From Pelagomonas calceolata (Eukaryota): a stretch of 64,000 bases of DNA. Under the pieces are notes generated by a model. It was not told the DNA's origin and made no database searches. It was given only the letters and a program-made list of their open reading frames with translations. This document shows positions 43,901-52,657 of the stretch, piece after piece. The translations under genes and the position numbers were made by a program. Every line of letters starts with the position of its first letter. Within the stretch, counting starts at the first letter, position 1. The stretch covers positions 2,480,001-2,544,000 of the forward strand of contig CAKKNE010000005.1 of the NCBI GenBank assembly GCA_918797485.1, read 5' to 3'.

Positions 43901-46555
43901 CTGGTCACGCTCAAGCATGCCTTAGCGCACAAGGCCTTCGGGACCTGGCTCGCCTACGAACATGAGGAGCGGCGGCTCGAGAATGTGGGAAAGCGGGTCC
44001 TCGTCATGCTGACGCGCGGCTGCCTTTTAAGGTGCTTCCACGCCTTGCAGGCGGAGCGCGATGAAAGGAGGAGGTTGAGGGAAATTGTGAAGAGAGCCGT
44101 GCGCCAGATGCGCCAGGGCAAGCTGGGTTTGGGTTGGCGGTGCTGGCGCGAGGTTGTGGTCCAAGGTCGACTCCTGGGCGACGTCGGCGCGCGGCGCCTG
44201 GCGCTCATGCGCGTTTGTAGGTTTGTGCGCCATTCTCTAGTCGTGAGCTTTTCCACGTGGCGGCGGGGCAGCACGTTGCTCGTCTCGCACGCTTACGAGG
44301 ACTACAAAATGAGGGACGAGCACTGGCGCGAGAAGCGAGCTCTACAAATGTGGACGGACAACGTCGCGGGGCGGTGCTTCGATACTTGGAGGGAGGTAAT
44401 CCGGACGGAGAAGAGGGAGCGCGTGGCCCTCTACCGCCACTCACTAAGAGTGAACAAGCGCGTCCGCCTCGACATCTTCACGAAGTGGGATCGCATGCGA
44501 CGGGACCGGCGGCTCGCGCGGTCCGTGCTGAGTAGGATGATCCACGTCGCTGTTGATGGTACCACAAGAGCAGCAATAGATATCTGGCGGGACCAGGCCT
44601 TTGATATGCGGCGGCACGAGGCCGTGTTGGATAGAACCAGAAGGCGGTGGCTCCACCGGACGGCCACGAAGTCCTTTGAGCGGTGGCGCGAGTACGTTTT
44701 AGTGAGGAAGCACGTGAAGACCGTGGCGCTCCACGTCCTCCAGCGCCTCGCGCACAGCAACGCGGCGCCGGCGTTTATTCAGTGGCGCGACCAGACGCGG
44801 CGTTTGGCCCATTGCGACCACCTGGTCGGAAGTGCCTTGGCGCGCATGCGCCACGCCTGCGCAGCTAGAGCTTTCGTGGGGTGGGTGCACCGCTGGGAGG
44901 AATCGAAGAGGCGGACCGACCTCCTGACGCACATTGTGATGAAATTACTACATGCGAAGCTGGCGCCGGGCTTCCGGAAGCTCGTGGCTTGGGCCTTGGA
45001 TTACGATAGGCGCGCGCTCGCGCGGGAGCGCACAGATAGGTTACTGCGGCGCGTCGTCGCCGTCTTCGAGCACACGCGATTGAACGAAGGGCTCAACGGC
45101 TGGAAGCGGTTCACTTTCTTGAGGAGGGAGGCCGAGGAGAAACAGGTAAGGCAGGACGTCATCCTGGACAGATGTAGAAGGCGCCTGCGCCACTCGCTGC
45201 TCGGAAGGTCGTACAACCAGTGGGTCTTCTACAAGCGGGACCGGAAGCGCCTCCGGACGCTGGCGCGGAGGATAGTAAAACAGTTCTACAACAACGAGAC
45301 CTGGCCGGCCCTGAACACGTGGAAGGCCTTTGTCGTGCGGCAGCGGTCCTTAGAACGGCTCATGCATAAAGTAATCGGGCAGCTGCAGCACCGGCTCACG
45401 AGTACGAGCTGGAGGACCTGGACCACGACCGTACGAAGGGCGGTCCGCTACGAGACCATAATCGATAGATCCAGAAGGAAGTGGCTCTACCACGCGCAAG
45501 CCAAAGCTCTCACGGCGTGGTGCTTCATGGTCTCGGAGCGCCAGCGGCTGCGGAACCTCGTGAAGAAGGCCTTCTACCGCATGCGGGCGTCGAAGTTAGG
45601 TAGAGGCTTCCGGACGTGGGCGCGCATCGTCGAAGCGGGCCGCACGACTTTAGTGAGGGACGCGGCAGCATCAGCAAAGACGGCGGCGCGCTACTGGTTC
45701 GACGCGGCCGAATTAAGGAGCGAGCACGTGTTGCGGCGGAACGCGTTTGGGGCGTTCAAGCAGCTGAGGAGGCGGCGCGCGCAGAATCGATTGAGAGCCG
45801 CGCGGTGGGCGCGGGCGTTGAAGAGGCGGCGGACGCGGGGCGTCTTCGAGAACTGGAGAAGGTACGGTAAACTAAGGATGCTGCAGGTGCCGGGGAAGTT
45901 AAGGGCGGCCTTGAGGGTGGCGCACGACGAGTGCGCGCGGCAATTAAGGAGGGGCTTTTCCATCTGGTTGCACGGCGTGGACGTGGCGAAATTGGAGGAG
46001 GCGAGAAAAGCGGCGCAGGGCGCGTCGCGGCTGCAGCGCCTCGACAAGGCATTGGTGGCCATCGAATACACGCAGTATCAGTTGGTAAGGAAGGTCTTCG
46101 TGGCGTGGACCGACGTCTTCCTCCACCGGAAGCGGAGCGGGCGCCTGACGTCCTTCGTGGGGGTCGCGCTGGCCCGCGCGACGATGATCAAGGCGTACCA
46201 CGCCTGGGGCCGCTACGTCGAGAGCCACCGCCGCGTGCGCCGCACGCTCAAGACGCTCTCGACGCGCAAGCACGCGACGAACTGTTTTCGGGCCTTCGGC
46301 CGCTGGCACGCCTACTCGGCGTCGCTGCCGGCCGTCGGCGCGGACTTCGTCGCGGGCTTCGCCGTGCCGCCTCCGCCCTGCGACGACTCCGACGAGGACG
46401 TGACGCTCACGCCGCCGCCGCCGCCTTCTGGATTGTTCTCTTCCGGTCCATCCTACGCGTCGACGCCGACGGCCGCGCAGCCGTACTTCGACGACGATCC
46501 GGCAGCTGGCGCGACGCTCTACGAGAGCCCGGTCGGGCGCGCGGTGGAGTACTAG
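40979..46555 (+). CDS. Sfi1-like repeat protein (candidate centrin-binding fibre protein), 1858 aa
   Basis: Dozens of basic helical repeats ending (A/G)FxxW, e.g. KVIGQLMNGLSGSAFRTW and KVVGQLLHGLTGVAFRSW. Confidence 0.7.
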   Translation: MPSPSMSASRTPSRAVGRLFGLDASQPRHQAPPVDDDWDDDHDEDAFYESTRRRSDASRSASRSRTPRRSLSRRRRSSATQSPNVLREPHKAHSKTWRPPGAAHASQRTLPPAPSRTEGRPLTFDVDALQKDHAIIVDQVIEQLTRGNALSVSSLTLAEPQKFGAVYDRLQAELERVLDSREDSTPADAARSRDVQHIVSILFSLVEHERSSFLFSMSSLRETVKRREGRLAARASSELSQGLQRRLNAGAALLTALTRVALEERPTRRAWSKWRLYTAQSISASRCAALETALRFAAGQSEEAALREQEAREKLLKRVASRWLNMEKHGIFDRWNEWRRERVYVRQLAKRVLGRMMHGKVASALASWVRMVQVCKEEESEKKRQEVILQRVRAKWLLGSLSRVMNRWCEMVSERKHMRRLVKKVIGQLMNGLSGSAFRTWTCNVTEMKAQEEEAKRQAVIFERIRKRWLNQTTGAAYRSWLEFVYERKRIRGLVNKVVGQLMHGLESSAFRAWLENMKAMDEAKEEEQRMQRILDKVRRNWLMAGVNSAFRRWNEYRGERRQLRKLATKTIQQMLNNRVLPAFKEWVNKVELFKRADYLMRKVMGQLLHGLTGSGFRSWCGVITQMKQEEHEAQLEKCRRLEAQLQEKEDEMQAIEQARIQSLMSRVALRLKNGGLLKVWARWEELVYDRKLMRKVVGQLLHGLTGVAFRSWFAFVEEQERAEQEAARHDAICAKFVARMRLVSASKALNSWRENAHERKRLRRLMQHVLTRLMKGRLVPSLSQWRAAATALRLEAREKERQQKLLDRMRRRMQHKCIFSALLAWDHFVGERKRLRALALHVLNRLSRGKVVLAVDRWRAVLREEKQNELKHDRVEKLMRRVALRLKNAGFVKVWGAWEEFVWQRRTLRALTHRFIDGKVAAALFTWREERRCGIILERFGRRLRFACVSKALTTWILYRRERKRVRALMTHILVTLKHALAHKAFGTWLAYEHEERRLENVGKRVLVMLTRGCLLRCFHALQAERDERRRLREIVKRAVRQMRQGKLGLGWRCWREVVVQGRLLGDVGARRLALMRVCRFVRHSLVVSFSTWRRGSTLLVSHAYEDYKMRDEHWREKRALQMWTDNVAGRCFDTWREVIRTEKRERVALYRHSLRVNKRVRLDIFTKWDRMRRDRRLARSVLSRMIHVAVDGTTRAAIDIWRDQAFDMRRHEAVLDRTRRRWLHRTATKSFERWREYVLVRKHVKTVALHVLQRLAHSNAAPAFIQWRDQTRRLAHCDHLVGSALARMRHACAARAFVGWVHRWEESKRRTDLLTHIVMKLLHAKLAPGFRKLVAWALDYDRRALARERTDRLLRRVVAVFEHTRLNEGLNGWKRFTFLRREAEEKQVRQDVILDRCRRRLRHSLLGRSYNQWVFYKRDRKRLRTLARRIVKQFYNNETWPALNTWKAFVVRQRSLERLMHKVIGQLQHRLTSTSWRTWTTTVRRAVRYETIIDRSRRKWLYHAQAKALTAWCFMVSERQRLRNLVKKAFYRMRASKLGRGFRTWARIVEAGRTTLVRDAAASAKTAARYWFDAAELRSEHVLRRNAFGAFKQLRRRRAQNRLRAARWARALKRRRTRGVFENWRRYGKLRMLQVPGKLRAALRVAHDECARQLRRGFSIWLHGVDVAKLEEARKAAQGASRLQRLDKALVAIEYTQYQLVRKVFVAWTDVFLHRKRSGRLTSFVGVALARATMIKAYHAWGRYVESHRRVRRTLKTLSTRKHATNCFRAFGRWHAYSASLPAVGADFVAGFAVPPPPCDDSDEDVTLTPPPPPSGLFSSGPSYASTPTAAQPYFDDDPAAGATLYESPVGRAVEY

Positions 46556-46662
46556 AGACGCGTCGACGCCGACGGCCGCGCAGCCGTTCACTTCGACGAC
46601 GACCCGGCAGCTGGCGCGACGCTCTACGAGAGCCCGGTCGGGCGCGCGGTGGAGTACTAGAG
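46455..46662 (+). repeat. ~103-bp tandem duplication of the gene's 3' end including the stop codon
   Basis: Copies at 46455-46557 and 46558-46662 are nearly identical (2-nt insertion, one substitution). Confidence 0.9.
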
Positions 46663-46685
46663 ATGTAATACATGAATACTACAAC

Positions 46686-47141
46686 TTATGCCGGTGGTGT
46701 GTCTTGCCTCCTCGACTCGGAGAGCTTCCGGCGCTTCGCCAACGCAGCGGCTCGATTTCGTTCGATGCGCCGCTTTGCCTCGGGGGAGAGCGTCGTCGTC
46801 GACGACGCAGGGGCGGCTGGCGGCCGCGGGGGCGCCACCGGTAGCGCCGCCGCCATCTCCTCCTCCCAGCGCCGCGCCGCGTCCTCCTCCTCGGCTTCGA
46901 AGGCCGCAGCCGCTGCCTGGTCCTGGCGCTTTCGTTCGGCCGCCGCCTCCTCGTGCCGCCAGCGGTGGTCGGCGCGGTCCGCCGCCTTGGCCTCGCGGTT
47001 CCAGCGCTTCTGCGCCGTGTCCTCCTTGAACGATGGCGCTTTCAGGCCCACGCTGCCGACGCCGCAGCCGAAGCGCCGCTTCGGCGGCCAGGCGATTTGC
47101 TGGCGCCGCCGGTTTTGTGACGGGAACGCAGACCGCCTCAT
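46686..47141 (-). CDS. Small protein with an RPA32-interacting-type motif
   Basis: LSPEAKRRIERNRAAALAKRR resembles the SMARCAL1/XPA/TIPIN/UNG2 RPA32C-binding helix. Confidence 0.6.
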   Translation of the reverse strand: MRRSAFPSQNRRRQQIAWPPKRRFGCGVGSVGLKAPSFKEDTAQKRWNREAKAADRADHRWRHEEAAAERKRQDQAAAAAFEAEEEDAARRWEEEMAAALPVAPPRPPAAPASSTTTLSPEAKRRIERNRAAALAKRRKLSESRRQDTPPA

Positions 47142-47378
47142 GGCTGGCCGAAATTACACGCGTACGAGTACGAGTATGCGCACGCGGGGCCGCCTCGAGC
47201 AGGTCTGTGATTCAGCACAGAGAGGACAGTGCCTTGATTCAGCAATTATACAATCGAATCGATCGTCCGCAGCGAATATTAGGCGAAGCGGCGACCTGTT
47301 CGATCCAAATTGTGACCTAGCGCTGCTCAGCCTCCCAGCACCCGCCGCGCGCTCACTTGCTTGCTAGTGTCAGTGCTT

Positions 47379-47402
47379 GCTAGTGTGTTACATGCCGCTA
47401 GC
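47379..47402 (-). promoter_or_regulatory. Spaced palindromic intergenic motif copy (extra half-site at 47363)
   Basis: Minus strand GCTAGCG-GCATGTAACA-CACTAGC between divergent genes. Confidence 0.7.
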
Positions 47403-47495
47403 TGTCATTATTGCAAACCACCTCACTTCATCAACTCGTTAGTTTGGTGTTATCTTCAGAGCCAATTTTGCCAGAACTTAACCCAACTTAAAGGC

Positions 47496-48947
47496 ATGGC
47501 CAAGCTCTTGCCGCTGACGCTGGCAATAGCGTGCAATGCAGAATTAATCCTCGATGGCGGCGACAACGGCTGGTCGCAATGGTACCGCTCCGTCGACGGC
47601 GTCATGGGCGGCCGCTCGTCGATAAGCGTGCAAAGAGACGGCAACGTCCTGGAGGCATCGGGCGAGATTGTCACCGCGGGCGGCGGCTTCGCCGGCATGT
47701 ACACTCGCCTCGACGACGTCGACGCGTCGAATTTCGCGGGCCTCCGCGTTACGTACGAGGCGCTGCCCGCCGGCCAGACGCCGCTCGCGTGGGAGGTTCG
47801 GCTCAAGGGGCGCGGCGACTCGAGTCGCTACATCGACTTTGGGGCGAGTTTTGCCGTGCCACCTTCATCGAACAACAACGGCGTCGGCTCGGCGTCGCTG
47901 CCGTTCGAGGAGTTCCTGCCGCGCTGGCGCGGCAATGACCGCACCGGGACGCTTGATCTGACTGCCCTCAACGAAGTGGGCTTCCAACTTTTGTTCCAGG
48001 ACGGCCCCTTTACTCTGCGCCTCCGGGAGATATCGCTGGTGGATAGCATCGCGCCCCCCGCTGATCCGGCGCCGGGGATGGACGCTACGCCGTCTGCCGT
48101 CCGCGACGCCATCGACGCCGCGACGCGCCGCGCGGACTACCTCGTGGGCAAGGGCTACGCCGCCCAAGCCGCAGCCGTCCTCGCATCCACTGCGCGCGCC
48201 GTCGCTACGACCCTCGACGGCGTTCCTGGTACTGCTCGTGCCCAAGAGGCCCTCGGCGCCGCTCTGGCCGAAGCCTCCGCCATCGTGGCGACCAGCGAGG
48301 AAGGACGCATAGGGGCTTTACGTGTCGGTCTCGATATCGCCCAGACCGAGGCCGCCGGGTCGGCGTGGACGAAGTCATACGCCGAGGTCGGCCGCGTGTG
48401 CCGCCCGAAGAACGACGATGGCTACGTGACGACTAAGGTTGAGGACGCGGCCGCCTGTCAGGCGCTGTGCGACGCCGACACGACGTGCGGGGCCTGGGAG
48501 TACGAGAACTATGCGGCGGACGACCGCGAGTGTGAGCTCCACGAAGCTAGTGTTGTCGATGCAAAGGCGACCGCGGCGCAAGGGCCGTGCCAGACGTCGG
48601 ATCCCGAGAACTACCGGTGCTGTCATATCGATGAAGCGTTGATTGAGACGCCCGCGGACGACCCAGACACGGAATCTGAGGAGGACGCGACCCAGTACGT
48701 CCCCCCTGCCAAGCCGGCCCCCGCGGACGACGCGACCGCCGGTGACCACGGCGGATCGAAAAAGAAGCAGAGCAAAGGCAGTGAATGGCCCGTTGTCGTT
48801 GGCGTCGTGCTGGCGCTCACGTTCCTGATGATCCTCGGCATCGGGTGCTCGCTCTGGGCGCGCGGCGCCCGCGTGGACCCCTCGGACTCCAAGGCCGCGG
48901 CGGCGGCGCCCGGCGAGGAAACGGAGGAGCCGCTCCAAGTCGTCTGA
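47496..48947 (+). CDS. Type I membrane protein with CIA30-like and PAN/apple-like domains
   Basis: Signal peptide; WYRSVDGVMGGRS, GGGFAG, PFEEFLPRWRG, DGPFTLRL; AACQALCDADTTCGAWEY..ECELH; TM VVVGVVLALTFLMILGIGCSLW. Confidence 0.75.
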   Translation: MAKLLPLTLAIACNAELILDGGDNGWSQWYRSVDGVMGGRSSISVQRDGNVLEASGEIVTAGGGFAGMYTRLDDVDASNFAGLRVTYEALPAGQTPLAWEVRLKGRGDSSRYIDFGASFAVPPSSNNNGVGSASLPFEEFLPRWRGNDRTGTLDLTALNEVGFQLLFQDGPFTLRLREISLVDSIAPPADPAPGMDATPSAVRDAIDAATRRADYLVGKGYAAQAAAVLASTARAVATTLDGVPGTARAQEALGAALAEASAIVATSEEGRIGALRVGLDIAQTEAAGSAWTKSYAEVGRVCRPKNDDGYVTTKVEDAAACQALCDADTTCGAWEYENYAADDRECELHEASVVDAKATAAQGPCQTSDPENYRCCHIDEALIETPADDPDTESEEDATQYVPPAKPAPADDATAGDHGGSKKKQSKGSEWPVVVGVVLALTFLMILGIGCSLWARGARVDPSDSKAAAAAPGEETEEPLQVV

Positions 48948-49015
48948 GGGGTCGTCGCTTCGTCTCTCCCGGCCCCAATCCTGTAAAAATCATGTGCTTT
49001 GACTCGTTTGATGGA

Positions 49016-49042
49016 CTGTAAGACACTAAGACACTCACTAGC
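49016..49042 (+). promoter_or_regulatory. Partial or rearranged copy of the intergenic motif
   Basis: CTGTAAGACACTAAGACACTCACTAGC (core and right arm only), ~135 bp upstream of ATG 49176. Confidence 0.5.
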
Positions 49043-49175
49043 AAGCCCATTGCCCAAACTTGTGAGCCCTTGCGAGCCACACACGGGCTCGTGGCGCTGC
49101 ACGGCTGGACACAAGCACCAGCTGCTACACAAGTACCAGCGGGAACAAAAAGGTTGCACCTCTAAGCCGCCGACC

Positions 49176-50111
49176 ATGCCAAAAAAGCAAAAGCACAAGA
49201 GAGCGCAAAGCAGCAGTGATGCGAAGAAGAGAGCCCAAAGCAGCGATGCGACGCCGGGCACCAGCATGTCGCGCCCAGCGCTCTTGGCTGCAGCCGTCTG
49301 CGCGGTGGCGGCGGTCGTGCTGCGCAGCGCGCGCCTCGCGCGACCAGAGGTTATGCCGCAGCGGCTCACGCGGACGATGCGCGTGCGGCACGCGCGGCGC
49401 ACGGTGCCGTGCGCCACGACGTCGGTTTGCGGCGCGCGGCCCTGCGACCGCGTCGTCATTGACGACTGGCTGCCGCCCGCGGAAATCGACGCGCTGCGGG
49501 ACATCGCGCGGCGCGGCGCAGCCGCGGCGGACGCGGCCGCGGCTGCAGGCGGTCCGACTATCATCGATATCAACTCTGGCTTCGTGATGGCGCCCGGCGC
49601 GCGCCTCGTGAACCTCTACCAGGCCAAGTCCAAGCGGAAGCCCTTCGGTGGCGAGGACTACGAGCTCTACCGGTCTGTGATAAGGCGCCTCAAGGCCGAG
49701 GTCGAGGCCGCGTTCCCGCGCGCGTCGGCGCTCTACTTCACGGCGCCGACATTCTTGACTCGGCTGAGCGGCGAGAACGCGACGTGGGAGGCGTCGGAGC
49801 CGCACGACGAGTATTATCAGTGGCACGTCGACCGCGAGAACACGCCGCACTACGAGTTCTCGGGGCTGCTCTACCTGTCGGACTACGACGAGGACTTCGA
49901 GGGTGGGCTCTTCACGTACGACGACGGGTCGGTCGTCGAACCGCGGCGGGGGCGCCTGAACATGTTCGCGTCGGGCGCCGAAAACAAGCATCGCGTGACG
50001 CAAGTGACGGCGGGCCAACGGCTCACGCTGAGCTTCTGGTTCGCCTGCGACCCGGCGTACGAGTTCCGAGATTTTCTTGATGGGCAGGCGCACGCGCGGT
50101 ACCGGAGCTAA
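49176..50111 (+). CDS. 2OG-Fe(II) oxygenase, OGFOD3-like
   Basis: PTFLTRL, HDEYYQWHVD, LLYLSDYDEDFEGG, VEPRRGR..SGAENKHRV..GQR. Confidence 0.85.
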   Translation: MPKKQKHKRAQSSSDAKKRAQSSDATPGTSMSRPALLAAAVCAVAAVVLRSARLARPEVMPQRLTRTMRVRHARRTVPCATTSVCGARPCDRVVIDDWLPPAEIDALRDIARRGAAAADAAAAAGGPTIIDINSGFVMAPGARLVNLYQAKSKRKPFGGEDYELYRSVIRRLKAEVEAAFPRASALYFTAPTFLTRLSGENATWEASEPHDEYYQWHVDRENTPHYEFSGLLYLSDYDEDFEGGLFTYDDGSVVEPRRGRLNMFASGAENKHRVTQVTAGQRLTLSFWFACDPAYEFRDFLDGQAHARYRS

Positions 50112-50123
50112 GCTAGATGTGTG

Positions 50124-51113
50124 TTACCTTAGTATTACCAGCGCGGCGAGCAGCAGCCACCACGGCCTCCTTGTGGCCGCGCCGTTCACGTTGCAGTACC
50201 CACCGTCCTTCGCCGTCGAATCCTTGTCGATCTTTTTGGTCGTGTCGTCGTCGAGGTATTTCTTTGGCTCCTGCACGTCCGTCTTGCCCTCCTTCGCGTA
50301 GACGCACGTCCACCCCGGGAAATCCTTCTCGCAGTCCTTCTTGCAATCTTTCGCGGGGTAGCCGCCGTCGACGTGGTGCCTGGCCTCCATCTCGGCGTCT
50401 CCCGGCCAAGACGTCTCGGGGTTCAGCTCGTCGGATGAGCCGCAGCAGCAGGCGCACGCGCTCTGGCCGAAGCAGCCCGTGTCGAGCGCGGCGTCGTAGC
50501 AGCAGAGGCACTGCGGGGTGTCCAGAAAATCGTCGGCCATCGTCGGCCGCGGCGAGGGCGCGCCCATCTGCAGCCCCAGGCGGCCGAACGGCTCGCCGTT
50601 GAGCACGTTCTCCCCTCGGAACCAGTTGCTCGCGGTCATCTCCGTGCCGGAATTGGCGAGCTCGCAGTCTTTCGCGAGGAAGCCGTCGAGCTGCGTCTGG
50701 TCGGCGCCGTCCCGGACGCCGAACGAGTCCCAGTTGCCCAGGTCCTCCTTGATGGCCCAGACGCACGCTGTTTTACAACTCGGCTCGGCGAGGTTCGTGC
50801 AGCGCGCGCCGGCCATGCCCCCCTCGGCCGTCGAGGGCCCGAGGCAGTCGCGGCACGCCTGCAGGAGGCAGTCGATCGCGTCGGCGGCGGCCGTGCTCGC
50901 GAGCGCGACGCACGTCGGCGCGGCCGTATTGGTCGGCCTGGCCGTCGTCGGCGCGGGCGTCGGTCGCAGCGACGGTGCGGGCGTCGTCGCGGGCGACGAC
51001 GCGCCGGCCACCGTCGGCCGCCACGTCGTGAACGTGGGCGCCTGCGTCGGCGACTGCGCCTCCGCCGCGTAGGCCCACAGCGCGGCCAGCGCGAGCCGCC
51101 CCATCCGGGGCAT
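50124..51113 (-). CDS. Secreted or GPI-anchored Cys-rich protein
   Basis: Signal peptide, PT-rich stalk, many Cys, hydrophobic C-terminus WWLLLAALVILR. Confidence 0.7.
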   Translation of the reverse strand: MPRMGRLALAALWAYAAEAQSPTQAPTFTTWRPTVAGASSPATTPAPSLRPTPAPTTARPTNTAAPTCVALASTAAADAIDCLLQACRDCLGPSTAEGGMAGARCTNLAEPSCKTACVWAIKEDLGNWDSFGVRDGADQTQLDGFLAKDCELANSGTEMTASNWFRGENVLNGEPFGRLGLQMGAPSPRPTMADDFLDTPQCLCCYDAALDTGCFGQSACACCCGSSDELNPETSWPGDAEMEARHHVDGGYPAKDCKKDCEKDFPGWTCVYAKEGKTDVQEPKKYLDDDTTKKIDKDSTAKDGGYCNVNGAATRRPWWLLLAALVILR

Positions 51114-51417
51114 GGCTCGGGCGCCTGCTAGGCGTGGTGCGCCGTCGAGGCAGCCGTATTTATTCTTCTCGTCGCACGGATGATGCGTGCTTACCAGGAG
51201 CCGTGCGATTCGGGGCAGCACGGCCGGTTTGTGTCCAGCGGCGCTGCCACCAAAAGCTGCCCCCGGCCGGCCGAAGACGGTGGTCCGCGAGTTGTCCGGA
51301 CGCCGCCCTAGGGGCTCTTGGGAAAAATAGACTCTATGGAATGGCCAGAGTGTGCGATCCTGGAGGCGCGGTAAATCCGCCCGCGACGCTCCGACACGAG
51401 ATAAACAAACAGCCCAC

Positions 51418-52440
51418 TTATGTCGGGTCCCAGGCGTAGTCCGGCGACGCGATGATGCGCGCGTGGGCCGCCAGGGACGCCTCGACGCCGCGGCGCGGGT
51501 CGCGGAGCGCGTCGAGCCGCGCGACCTGGTCGGCCGTGAGCGCGACGTCGTCCAGGCAGCGCGCCGTCGCGCGGACGCGCTCCGGGTCGAGGCTCTTCGG
51601 GATCGGCGCGGCGCCCTTGGCCATGGCCCAGGCCACGCAGGCCTGCGCCGGCGTGCACCCGGCCTCGGCCGCGACGGCCGCGACCGTCGCGTCGTCGAGG
51701 ACGCTTGCTGCGGGCCAGGGCACGAAGGACGGAAAGTACTTTGCCAGCCAACAGGTCCCATATGGAGAATATCCCACGACGCGCACGCCCCGCGCCTCGC
51801 ACGCCGCCATTAGCTCCTCCTGGTAGCACCGGGGAGATACTTCGACCTCGTTGAGGACAGGCCGGTGCCGGGCGAGCGCGATGATCTCATCCATGAGCTC
51901 CACGTCAAAATTCGACAGCCCGAGGCAGCCGACAAGACCCTCGTCGACCATGGCCTCGAGCTCGCGCCACGCGTCGGCGCGCACTGACCGCGCGTCGTCT
52001 TCAGAAGCCGGCGCATCTAGGAGGAGTGGCCAATGCAGGGCGACAGCGTCGAGGCGCCCAAGCTTTCGCTTCGATTCCGTCACCTGGCGCCGCATGCGCC
52101 GCCGCGGGTCCTCCCGGCTCCGCGTGCAGAGGTCGACTTTGCATCTGTGCGAAAATCAACCAGTGAGTCGGGGGCTCGGCCGTGGAGGTCGTGATTCATG
52201 CACTGCCTCACACAACACAAAAACGTCGTCGCGGCCGCTCCGGCGCAGGCCGTCGCCGATGGCCGCCTCGCTGCCGTAGTTCTGCGCCGTGTCGATCATG
52301 AGCACGCCGCTGCGCACGGCCGCGTCGACCGCGCTCGCCATCGCCTCGTGCGGCGGGCCCTCGGCGCTGCCGAGACCCAGGCGCGGGATGGCGACTGCTG
52401 CCGCGGTTTGGGCCATGACTGCCAGCGTCGTCAGCCGCAT
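51418..52440 (-). CDS. Aldo/keto reductase, one intron
   Basis: Exons 52440-52214 and 52144-51418; IPRLGLG, IDTAQNYGSE, VFVLCKV, LHWP, LGLSNF, GYSPYG, PIPKS. Confidence 0.9.
52145..52213 (-). mobile_element. Introner-derived intron (69 nt)
   Basis: The 3' end CTCACTGGTTGATTTTCGCACAG matches the opposite TIR end of the 29570 element (CTCACTGGTTCGGTTTCCACGCAG). It contains an in-frame stop that splicing removes. Confidence 0.7.
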
Positions 52441-52657
52441 GTGCAGCCGTCCGTAACCGCACAGAACTATCACTGCTCAACACAGCGGGCTTGTGCCGCG
52501 GTATTGGACAAGCTTTCTCAGAGATGATGATGAGCCAGCCAGCTTGCAAACCACATGATCACACAGATCGCTTGCGCGGCAGACACCTACACAGCAAAAG
52601 TGAGCCCGCCATATATCATTCCGAATACTTGAGAACTGCGGCGGAAACCGCGCCACG

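Noticed and set aside
11546..49042. The CTAG spaced palindrome as a MITE or an intrinsic terminator
   Set aside because: Only ~23 bp is shared, with no TSDs or shared flanks and no U-tract, and it is confined to the 5' sides of genes.
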